Assembly: GCA_965204345.1 (NCBI GenBank)
Contig: OZ241981.1
Span: 608,001 to 672,000, forward strand
DNA: 64,000 nt
Reading direction: 5' to 3'
Source of the DNA: Nitrosopumilus sp.
Lineage (GTDB): Archaea > Thermoproteota > Nitrososphaeria > Nitrososphaerales > Nitrosopumilaceae
Each line of letters starts with the position of its first letter. Position 1 is the first letter of the stretch. The notes beneath the pieces are model-generated. The model saw only the letters and a list, made by a program, of their open reading frames with translations. It had not been told where the DNA came from and ran no database searches. Positions 57,301-64,000 of this stretch are shown in pieces. The position numbers and the translations under genes were made by a program.

Positions 57301-59053
57301 CTGTAAAATCAGGGACTTGATCTGTTCTAAAGTCACATAATACGTTTTCAGGAGTTTTTAGAATTTGACCCCTAATTTCGCCATTTGTAAATCCTACGGT
57401 ACTGACATGAATGTAGACCTCATCTGAACACAAGGCATCTATGCTTGAAGTTAATCTCTTGGTTCTTTCATTTTCATTTGGAATAGATCCCTCATCGCCA
57501 TCATCCCATATTCCAAAAATAGTTCCGTTTCCAGGTTGCAAAATATAATCATTGTCAGAAAATTCAGGAACGCCAAAAATATTCAACAAATGAACGGGAC
57601 CACTGACACCTACAGGAGCATTACGAAAATGAACTGCATGTAAATCATCAGCAGTTGTTGCTAATGTTTGTACATCATCAGCATCCAATCCGTTAAGATA
57701 GATGTCATATTGCAACTCGTCCCCATGATAGCTGAATCTAAAATCAGCAGAACCTGTTGCAGCACTTCTGGTACCGCCACCTGCAATTTGATCTTCAGTT
57801 ATAAAAGATACAAAGTCACTGTGATTTGGATCAAAATCACACAAGTCATGATTGTCTAGCTCAATTTGGCCACGAATATTGCCATCACCAAAATGGGCCT
57901 GGAAATAAGATCTGTCATTACACAAATCACCTATATGATCAGATATTTTTTTGGAACGGGAATGATCAGTCGTGCCAGTACCCAAAGTTCTATCAGAATC
58001 ATCCCAAACACCAGAGATGCTATTATCAGATAAATTTACTTTCATTTGCGCATCATCGCAGGGATCAGTAATCGGGTCAGGCAGACCAGATACAAAACAG
58101 GGGGAGCCAAATACGTTTAGCAAATGATCGCCTTCTTCATCATATGCACCCTGATGGATATGCAATTTTTCAAGTGCGTTGCCGGCAATGCCTCCGGTAC
58201 CATCCAGATTAACATTATCTGAAAAAGTGATTCTGTAAAATAACGCACTTTGTGTGTGGTCAAAGTGTGCCTCGGCTCTTGCAGTTACAGCATCACCGGT
58301 CTTTGCAGTATCAGCACCAGCTAAAATTACCTTGCCAGCAGTAAGTGTGGATGAAAACTCGCTTTGTCCCAAATTAAAATCACACAATTCTGAGCGAGGC
58401 TCTATTTGGCCCCTAATTGCACCAGCAGGATTCCAGTTAGTGTGAATCTGAAAGTATAATTGGCCATCACATAATTTTTCTCTCATATCAGATAACTGTC
58501 TGCTACGGGCAGTATCAGAGGTCAAGCTGCCAGTGTCAATTTCGCCCCAGACCCCATGAACCTCATTATCATCAAGATGAATTCTCATTTCATCATCATC
58601 TTCTGCCGGTTCACCAAAAATATTCAAAGCATGAGGCCCGGTAGCACCTGCTGCACCCTGATGAATGTGAATTTTGGTTACAGCCTCCAATGCACTGCTG
58701 CCAGCACTAGTATCCACAGAAATGCCGGTTAATTCAATGTTATATCGTAAACGTTCTTGGTTTTCACTCCACAGCAAATGCACATGTCCAGAACCGGTAC
58801 TGTTAGTGATACCGCCTGCACTGGTAATTGCAAGTGCAGTTAAATCTGCCTCAAAGTCCTCGCCGCTTCCAGGAAAAGGATCACTTGATGCCTCATCAAC
58901 TACAGGCAACAAGGTGTCATCATCAATTCCATCCCCATCCCCATCATGGGCATAAACAAGACTAGAGATTGCAGAATTGTCATGAATCGACAAGGCAGCA
59001 AAGGATACACTGATGGCCAAAAATACCATTAGCCCATATCCAATTCTGCCCAT
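54320..59053 (-). CDS. secreted multi-domain protein: 4x CHRD, His/Asp repeat, Ig-like, WTSHLSQF domain, Pro/Ser and Cys repeats (~1577 aa)
   Basis: Four H[IVF][HR]...LN[IV][FL]...LC....Y..[IAV][HS]...IRGQI units (CHRD signature); ATG 59053 precedes a signal peptide. Confidence 0.85.
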   Translation of the reverse strand: MGRIGYGLMVFLAISVSFAALSIHDNSAISSLVYAHDGDGDGIDDDTLLPVVDEASSDPFPGSGEDFEADLTALAITSAGGITNSTGSGHVHLLWSENQERLRYNIELTGISVDTSAGSSALEAVTKIHIHQGAAGATGPHALNIFGEPAEDDDEMRIHLDDNEVHGVWGEIDTGSLTSDTARSRQLSDMREKLCDGQLYFQIHTNWNPAGAIRGQIEPRSELCDFNLGQSEFSSTLTAGKVILAGADTAKTGDAVTARAEAHFDHTQSALFYRITFSDNVNLDGTGGIAGNALEKLHIHQGAYDEEGDHLLNVFGSPCFVSGLPDPITDPCDDAQMKVNLSDNSISGVWDDSDRTLGTGTTDHSRSKKISDHIGDLCNDRSYFQAHFGDGNIRGQIELDNHDLCDFDPNHSDFVSFITEDQIAGGGTRSAATGSADFRFSYHGDELQYDIYLNGLDADDVQTLATTADDLHAVHFRNAPVGVSGPVHLLNIFGVPEFSDNDYILQPGNGTIFGIWDDGDEGSIPNENERTKRLTSSIDALCSDEVYIHVSTVGFTNGEIRGQILKTPENVLCDFRTDQVPDFTATLNECYQIRAVVGASHTCHDDEPAGHDHDDEPAGHDHDDEPAGHDHDDEPAGHDHDDEPAGHDHDDEPDTHGHDDEPDTHGHDDEPAGHGHDDEPDTHDHDDEPAGHGHDDEPDTHDHDDEPAGHGHDDEPDTHGHDDEPAGHDHDDEPDTHGHGDEPDTHGHDDEPDTHDDNADTHRHGGSGINPEAKVSMWFNDAYDQLYYELQFTGVDTTKQQTLNNTSDDLHKIHVHNGTDLDVSGNHAFNILFPSDDPDVIINNGTRVVSGIWGDDASDAVSLGPTAGDTLSDYYSELCNGDLYFQIHNASAGVDQRMIRGQIEVNGHDNAVCDPPSLLSARAVSDTKILLLFDKALSYSTNAPFTMLEMPVGTQIAITSNVTSVDPLGNGLVTINLPALSLTNVNSTGTLVLSGIHDLLGIAYDGPSRITVDNALGNVPLQVSPTSSTVSITADSQLSDLVIPDDVESKLDLSSTITNPQVGKTRITLSNALTVLSANNTDDKVSVELPAGLQVTGNSIDFDGLLTLPSSSTSSCTTSFNAGENSISCIELGVPGIALDLNIPVKINLVGDAGNRAFYSNGAQRIEIAAECDDANTPNVNGVVIANTGPNRECHFDDYANDALVIWTSHLSQFGSWVDNPSSTPFSGGSNSGGGRGGLSALLNPSLILYNTCDANSDGVARIITSSSISRGEILTNIHADNNLIRTIDVTEDVSYLNYIDSVASAGFTYRVFDAIIPFDVDKFWVTVYDKSDMGFYTAHLVKIPKNACFGSNEPFPLRDDAQYLKPFEPLEISTSLHNVESLMHDESVALVEPFVHESVSMEPKPPVPESNIVTSEPPVPESNIVTSEPPVPESNIVTSEPPVPESNIVTSEPPVPESALKSDASESSGPAPTCGVGTVLVDGYCQVAATPKSDASKSSEPAPTCGVGTVLVDGYCQVAATLKSDASKSPEPAPTCGVGTVLVDGYCKVTVNDDAELNIEKKPVGLLEQLLSWFVS
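54405..54670 (-). repeat. 78-nt repeat x3 (…PAPTCGVGTVLVDGYC…)
   Basis: Seen in DNA and protein. Confidence 0.85.
54680..54840 (-). repeat. 36-nt repeat x4.5 (PPVPESNIVTSE)
   Basis: Perfect copies of ttctggtacaggtggttcagaagtcacgatgttgga. Confidence 0.9.
56762..57245 (-). repeat. 27-nt repeat x~17 (H[D/G]HDDEP[AG/DT])
   Basis: Counted from the translation. Confidence 0.9.
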
Positions 59054-59134
59054 TAAGAATAAAAAAATAAAATTACAATATAAAAAAAATGGTACATTTG
59101 ATAGTTGTACCAACAAAAAAAAGTAGAAAAAAGA

Positions 59135-60079
59135 TTAAAGATTGCCTGCTTTGATGTCTTCAAGACATTTTATGACGTCATCTTTTGATATCGGGACTGG
59201 GTTTGGATCCAAATGCCCTTTATCAGTCATGACAGTGTCTGCAGCTTCTGAAACATCAGCCTTGAGTTCTAATTTATCAAACCCAAGTTTTGTCATTGCC
59301 TCTTTGAATCTATCATAGAAGATTGACTTGTTATGCTTGTGTGCAACGGTAGTACAGGAGGATAACGAATATCCATGAGGTACACCTTCATTTGAGAACA
59401 CGTATGACAATGCATGCCCAAGTGTCGTAGAGCAGTTACCAAAGCCCATTCCAGACAGCATTGATCCGTATGGATAGTTTTCTGGTTTGTCATTGATAAT
59501 TGCATCATACAAAATATCAAATGCCTGCTTACATAGGGTTCTTGTCAAGTCATTACCGAGCTTACTGTCATAACCCTCAGTAGCTTGAGCACATGCATCA
59601 CAGACAGAATTTTTCAAGACCTGTTCTGGAGTCCCATCCATAAAGTATGAGTCAACTACAGCCATGTCTGCTAAAAATTTGTCTTCGCGTAACAGTTTCT
59701 TTTTGCCATCAAATTTCAGAACGCAATATGTAGTCATTTCAGCTCCGGTTCCAAAGGTCGTTGGGATTAGGATTTTTTCTTTTTTCATCTCAGGTGCAGC
59801 ATATTTTACTACATCCATGGAACTTCCACCACCAAGCCCGATCAGGCAGGATGGATCCTTGTCTTTGAATTGTGAAATAACAGTATTGACATCCTCAATG
59901 GATGGCTCTGGCTTTACCTGGTCATACAGCATGTAATCCTGGATACCCATCTTTGCTAACCATTTGTCAGACAATGCCGGTGGAACGGTTGTGACAACTA
60001 GAGCATTTTTTGGATACTCTGTTTGACCAAGTGCATCTTCTCCAAAATTGATAACTTTTGGAATGCGTACTGTTTGCAT
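59135..60079 (-). CDS. iron-containing alcohol dehydrogenase; probable malonic semialdehyde reductase of the 3HP/4HB cycle
   Basis: GLGGGSSMD..K, IPTTFGTGAE, GHALS...HG; closely matches my recollection of the Nitrosopumilus enzyme (unverified). Confidence 0.8.
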   Translation of the reverse strand: MQTVRIPKVINFGEDALGQTEYPKNALVVTTVPPALSDKWLAKMGIQDYMLYDQVKPEPSIEDVNTVISQFKDKDPSCLIGLGGGSSMDVVKYAAPEMKKEKILIPTTFGTGAEMTTYCVLKFDGKKKLLREDKFLADMAVVDSYFMDGTPEQVLKNSVCDACAQATEGYDSKLGNDLTRTLCKQAFDILYDAIINDKPENYPYGSMLSGMGFGNCSTTLGHALSYVFSNEGVPHGYSLSSCTTVAHKHNKSIFYDRFKEAMTKLGFDKLELKADVSEAADTVMTDKGHLDPNPVPISKDDVIKCLEDIKAGNL

Positions 60080-60131
60080 AAGTCAAAGCCATCATTAATT
60101 GTTATTATATCTTGCATTAGTGAGAAACAGC

Positions 60132-61409
60132 GTGATTATTCAAAATTTTGATGATTTGGCAACAACAGAGAAGAGAAGAGACTGCTTGGAAATTTTAGAG
60201 TCAGGATTGCAAGCGGCAAACCCTGAGAACATTATTCCGAAATTTGTAACCCCAAAAAAAATCAAGGTTGAGGGCAAAACACTTGATATTTCAGGATATT
60301 CAAGCATCTATTCAGTAGCATTTGGAAAGGCAGGGGACACCATGACTAGGGCAGTAAATGCCATAGTTCCAATAAAGAGCGGAATCATAGTAATCCCCAA
60401 AGGCTCAAGATCAAAAATTAGGGGTAAGAAATTTCAGATTTTCAACTCCAGACATCCAAAGCCGGATCAAACCAGCGTCAAAGCAGCTAAAGAGATTATA
60501 AAGTTTGTGCAAAACAAGCGGAGTGATGAATTGGTAATTTTTCTAGTGTCAGGTGGCGGGTCGTCACTTTTGGCACTGCCAGACAGCATTACCTTGGAAG
60601 ACAAGATTCATGCTACAGATGTCCTGCTAAAATCAGGGGCGGTAATCCAAGAAATCAACTGTGTAAGAAAGCATCTCTCAAAGATCAAGGGAGGAAAACT
60701 AGTTGAGAATCTAAAGTGCCATGGAATAAGTCTGGTAATGTCAGATGTTCAAGGGGATGATTTGTCATCTATTGCATCAGGTACAACATACATGGATGAC
60801 ACCACATATTCGGATGCCTTGGAAATTATAGACAGGTACAAGATCAGATGGAAGATGCCTGATGAGGTTCTAGCGCTTTTGGAGGAAGGAAGTAAAAAGG
60901 AGAATCCAAATGCGCCAAAAAAATCAAGAATTGAAAATTACGTTATTGCAAACAATGACAACTGTCTGGAGGCCATGCAAAACAGGGCCAAAGAGAAGGG
61001 ATACACGGTCAGCAGGATGTCACTTTTTGGGGACATTAAAGAGGCAGTGATCAAAGTTCTCAAAGAAATTTCAGAAAACGAAAAGACATGCATAATTTTT
61101 GGAGGGGAAACTACAGTCAGAGTACTTGGAAAGGGAATGGGGGGAAGAAACCAGGAACTGGTTTTGCGGCTGTTAAAAAATACCCAAAAATTAAAAAAAA
61201 TGGTCATTGCATCGGCAGGTACTGATGGAATTGATGGAAATTCTGTTTTTGCAGGAGCAATAACGGAGAATGCAAAAATGGATTTGAGTATAATGAAGGA
61301 ATTTCTCAAAAACAATGACTCGGGAAGGTTTTTTCAAAAGCAAAAGGGAAATATCATAACCAAGCCTACCCACACAAATCTAATGGATATTGGAGTCATT
61401 TTAAGATAA
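60132..61409 (+). CDS. glycerate 2-kinase (DUF4147 + MOFRL)
   Basis: FGKA, HPKPD, LVSGGGSSL, RKHLS.IKGG.L, SDV.GDD...IASG, GGETTV, GGRNQE, GTDGIDG, THTNLMD; GTG at 60132. Confidence 0.9.
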   Translation: MIIQNFDDLATTEKRRDCLEILESGLQAANPENIIPKFVTPKKIKVEGKTLDISGYSSIYSVAFGKAGDTMTRAVNAIVPIKSGIIVIPKGSRSKIRGKKFQIFNSRHPKPDQTSVKAAKEIIKFVQNKRSDELVIFLVSGGGSSLLALPDSITLEDKIHATDVLLKSGAVIQEINCVRKHLSKIKGGKLVENLKCHGISLVMSDVQGDDLSSIASGTTYMDDTTYSDALEIIDRYKIRWKMPDEVLALLEEGSKKENPNAPKKSRIENYVIANNDNCLEAMQNRAKEKGYTVSRMSLFGDIKEAVIKVLKEISENEKTCIIFGGETTVRVLGKGMGGRNQELVLRLLKNTQKLKKMVIASAGTDGIDGNSVFAGAITENAKMDLSIMKEFLKNNDSGRFFQKQKGNIITKPTHTNLMDIGVILR

Positions 61410-61667
61410 ACTATAGAGTTTGAATTCAAAAAGAATCTACTTGCCTGTTTTTTATTTTGCCTTTTGAATATTTTTAGCAACTTTTAGTTTTAGTTTTTAA
61501 ATCCAATAACAGCTATTGTGTATCCTCACGAACTTTTTTTTCAAATCATTAGTCATCACAGATTAGATGGGTTTGATAAATTTTGATCAGTTGAGTGCCG
61601 GAATTTGCCAGTAAATTCTCAGAGATAATTTTCTTAGAGTATCTAATCATCAAAAAAACTCAAAGAA

Positions 61668-61724
61668 GTGCAATTCCAAGACTTATATTTGTAATTTATG
61701 GCATGAGACACCGGAATTTGCCAG
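61668..61724. repeat. left copy of ~56-bp dispersed direct repeat (14-bp core ccggaatttgccag also at 61598-61611)
   Basis: Aligns with 62891-62946 at 44 of 55 positions. Confidence 0.75.
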
Positions 61725-61811
61725 ACATAATAACTTGAAGTGGTGTTGTTTTCACGATCCATTATTCCAAAGAGAGTTGTATTTTTGTATGAAACAGGAA
61801 TCCGATACGCA

Positions 61812-62318
61812 TTATGGGGGATTTATGGTTGCATAGACAAACAAATGGGTATCACCAATTTGCGGTTCCCAAGATGTGGATTCCTCTGGATATACACTCA
61901 TGCTATGACTTATTCTGATAATTCTACATTCAGGAGGTGGTTGGTACGTAGGAGAAAAAGAGGTGTGGGGACGTATGTGACTTATGATCTCACTTTCCAT
62001 GCCAGGATAGTAACCGCAATTACCAGATTTACGTTCAGGTACATCCCATACAAGGATCCCATTATTGGAACCGCCTTCTTTTAACGAGTACGGTGACTTG
62101 TTGAGTACAGTTATCTTGATTGGCTCTCCATGAGAATATACGGCTTTATCGAGGCTTAGACGAACAAAAGAGTTCTCTGCAATATGCGGAGTGTAGTTTG
62201 AATACAAAGTCAAAATCATAGCTTGTGGCAATGTAGGATAATATTGGAATACAAGGACAGTGCCAGCAGAAATAATAATTATTATAACAGCAACTGCTAT
62301 CAGAGTCTTCTTTCTCAT
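61812..62318 (-). CDS. membrane-anchored/secreted hypothetical protein, Ig-like
   Basis: MRKK + hydrophobic helix; LSLDKAVY..GEPIKITV.N. Confidence 0.65.
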   Translation of the reverse strand: MRKKTLIAVAVIIIIISAGTVLVFQYYPTLPQAMILTLYSNYTPHIAENSFVRLSLDKAVYSHGEPIKITVLNKSPYSLKEGGSNNGILVWDVPERKSGNCGYYPGMESEIISHIRPHTSFSPTYQPPPECRIIRISHSMSVYPEESTSWEPQIGDTHLFVYATINPP

Positions 62319-62459
62319 GGTATGATTACCGCATAGGATTTATTATAATTATCCACATCAGATACTGTAACCCAAAAGACATGAGTTACTGAGAGCAGAA
62401 ATATGATTATCAGTAGGTGTATCAAATACATCATTACTTGCAAAAACATACAAGCCACA

Positions 62460-62641
62460 TCCAGCTTTTGTATAAACATCAGAATACTGTTCATCAGAAC
62501 CATACAGTTTTGTTGAGGGTCTCTCTATCTACTGCTGAACTAATCAAACCTTCCTTCTGTAATCCCTTTAACATTAAAGGAAATTTTTTTTTCTAATTCA
62601 ACATGAATGAGTTTTACGTCTTCTTCAGAAAGGTCATTCAC
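62460..62641 (-). pseudogene. frameshifted, truncated Doc (Fic-family) toxin fragment
   Basis: Removing one A from the A9 run (62584-62592) and a TAGA duplication (62524-62531) gives MNDLSEEDVKLIHVELEKKFPLMLKGLQKEGLISSAVERPSTKLYGSDEQYSDVYTKAG, a Doc N-terminal pattern. No HPFxDGNKR follows. Confidence 0.7.
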
Positions 62642-62824
62642 CTAACACTTGTCTAAAGCTTTAAAGACAATCATATTTTGATCAATAGTTTTACTTATAA
62701 GTTGACTCAGTTCTTTTCTCTCTACTTCACTTCTTCTTTTTCTCTCTACTTTACTTCCTCTTTCTCTGTCAACTCCACTTCCTCTTTTTCTCACTACTCC
62801 ACTTCCTCTTTTTCTCTTAATCAT
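62642..62824 (-). CDS. small basic protein, putative antitoxin upstream of the doc fragment; contains 24-nt repeats
   Basis: Stop abuts the doc GTG; (x)RKRGSGV-type repeats x4; C-terminal ELSQLISKTIDQNMIVFKALDK helix. Confidence 0.5.
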   Translation of the reverse strand: MIKRKRGSGVVRKRGSGVDRERGSKVERKRRSEVERKELSQLISKTIDQNMIVFKALDKC

Positions 62825-62890
62825 TCAAAACACCTGTAGTATGAATTCCTGCTCATATATTAAAAATATTTGTATTTTATGATAGTCAAG

Positions 62891-62946
62891 GTGCAGTTTC
62901 GAGACTTGCATTTGTGATTTATGGCATGGAATACCAGATTTGCCGA
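62891..62946. repeat. right copy of ~56-bp dispersed direct repeat
   Basis: See 61668-61724. Confidence 0.75.
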
Positions 62947-62971
62947 ATTCAAAACAATGTGTAACTACAGT

Positions 62972-64000
62972 TTACGGATCAGATATCCTTCCCATAAACA
63001 AAATTGTACCACTCTCATCATCCTGAATTATAAACAAAAACGGATGATCTGCAATAAATTGTGGAGGTGGAGGAGGTTGACTGTATGGTGTACCAGTAGA
63101 GATAGTTGTTACGGCAGTCGCTTCTGTCCCTTCTTCATTTACGTCTATAAACGTGTCCTGCGCTGCAGCAGTCACGTATAGATTTTTTATAGAAATATCT
63201 GCAATTCCTCCAAGATCGGCATTATCTGAATCAAACACATCTGATATTCCAAGATTCATCAGTGGCCCGTTAAGATCATATCTTTCAGTTATTTGGAACT
63301 TTGGAATTGATACTAGAACTTCTTGTTGATTATACAAGTTCTGTGTCCATTGTCTAATCTGTTCATGTGATATAGAGTCCTCAACCTGTTTTAGGCCATC
63401 TGTATCGTCTGGCAGAATTACCAACATCGATAGCCTGTCGCCCTCATAGGGCATTTTTAGCATTCTAGCATCATCTAATAATCCAAAGTCGAATCTGCCT
63501 TGCACCGTCATAAAATCTACATCTACAGAATCCTCGCTATTCTTCCAAAAGGCGGACTCTGTGGTATCTTCCTCGGGGAACTGTGTTACCCATGTGCCCT
63601 TAAAGTATATGGCGTTGTTGATTACCATTGCAGTAAATTCGTCTACATCCGTTGGAGTGATTATTTTTTCAATCTTGCCGTTTGTGTTATCAGAGGCCCA
63701 CTGGTTTATCTTGTTTATGCCGTCATCTGCATCCAAAAAATCTACCTTTTCTGCGGTAGAGAGATATGTCTCTCGTGCCACAGAGATATAGGAATCATAA
63801 GATTCAAACCAGTCTGCAATCCAAAGTGCGTTTGCAGTATTCAGTTCTATGTGCGGATCATCTCGGTTTATCGAGGATATAAAATGTGACGTAGAGTTCT
63901 GACGCACATCTCTGTCTGGTTCAAATCCAAAGACATCCTGCATTTCTTGTGCAGTGTTTTCTCCGGCACCCTCATACAGTATTGAAAATGCCACATACAT
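62972..64000 (-). CDS. serpin (serine protease inhibitor), 5' end outside window
   Basis: IN.W....TNGKI, NAIYFKG.W...F, L.MPY....SML.ILP, IPKF, VNEEGTEA, F.ADHPFLF.I......ILFMGR. Confidence 0.95.
   Translation of the reverse strand: MYVAFSILYEGAGENTAQEMQDVFGFEPDRDVRQNSTSHFISSINRDDPHIELNTANALWIADWFESYDSYISVARETYLSTAEKVDFLDADDGINKINQWASDNTNGKIEKIITPTDVDEFTAMVINNAIYFKGTWVTQFPEEDTTESAFWKNSEDSVDVDFMTVQGRFDFGLLDDARMLKMPYEGDRLSMLVILPDDTDGLKQVEDSISHEQIRQWTQNLYNQQEVLVSIPKFQITERYDLNGPLMNLGISDVFDSDNADLGGIADISIKNLYVTAAAQDTFIDVNEEGTEATAVTTISTGTPYSQPPPPPQFIADHPFLFIIQDDESGTILFMGRISDP

Noticed and set aside
62315-62503. 62-aa track ORF as a real gene
   Set aside because: Overlaps the doc remnant in another frame; more likely a chimeric leftover.
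61595-62950. Calling the repeats integron attC sites or IS ends
   Set aside because: Canonical attC boxes, terminal inverted repeats, integrase and transposase were not seen; kept only as an unclassified repeat.

Overview
Chromosomal segment of an ammonia-oxidising archaeon (Nitrosopumilaceae-like; inferred from PEFG-CTERM and IPxWxxxNAGWWA surface proteins, CdvC/CdvB-like genes, an orphan A-type ATPase subunit F, uvrBAC and a malonic-semialdehyde-reductase-like Fe-ADH). Giant surface proteins, a serpin and a decayed toxin-antitoxin pair hint at a host-associated lineage such as a sponge symbiont (inference). A housekeeping backbone (Zn-ADH, atpF, carAB, cdvC, trmB, citrate synthase, uvrBAC, LLM oxidoreductase, Fe-ADH, glycerate kinase) is interrupted by three accessory blocks: (1) a 24-kb gene for an 8003-aa Ig-repeat surface protein; (2) a coupled pair of secreted proteins, one with four CHRD domains and a His/Asp repeat; (3) a right-end region with a ~56-bp repeat pair flanking a secreted protein, a frameshifted doc fragment and its putative antitoxin, followed by a serpin. 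The top lead is one homologous ~200-aa domain present three times across the two large surface proteins, each copy ending in W-T-x-H-[F/L]-S-x-F-G-S. This resembles the H-[F/L]-|-S/T self-cleavage sites of eukaryotic GAIN/ZU5/Nup98-type domains and suggests autoproteolytic, shed-able archaeal adhesins. No rRNA, tRNA, CRISPR array or transposase was recognised. All calls are from reading the sequence; no searches were run.
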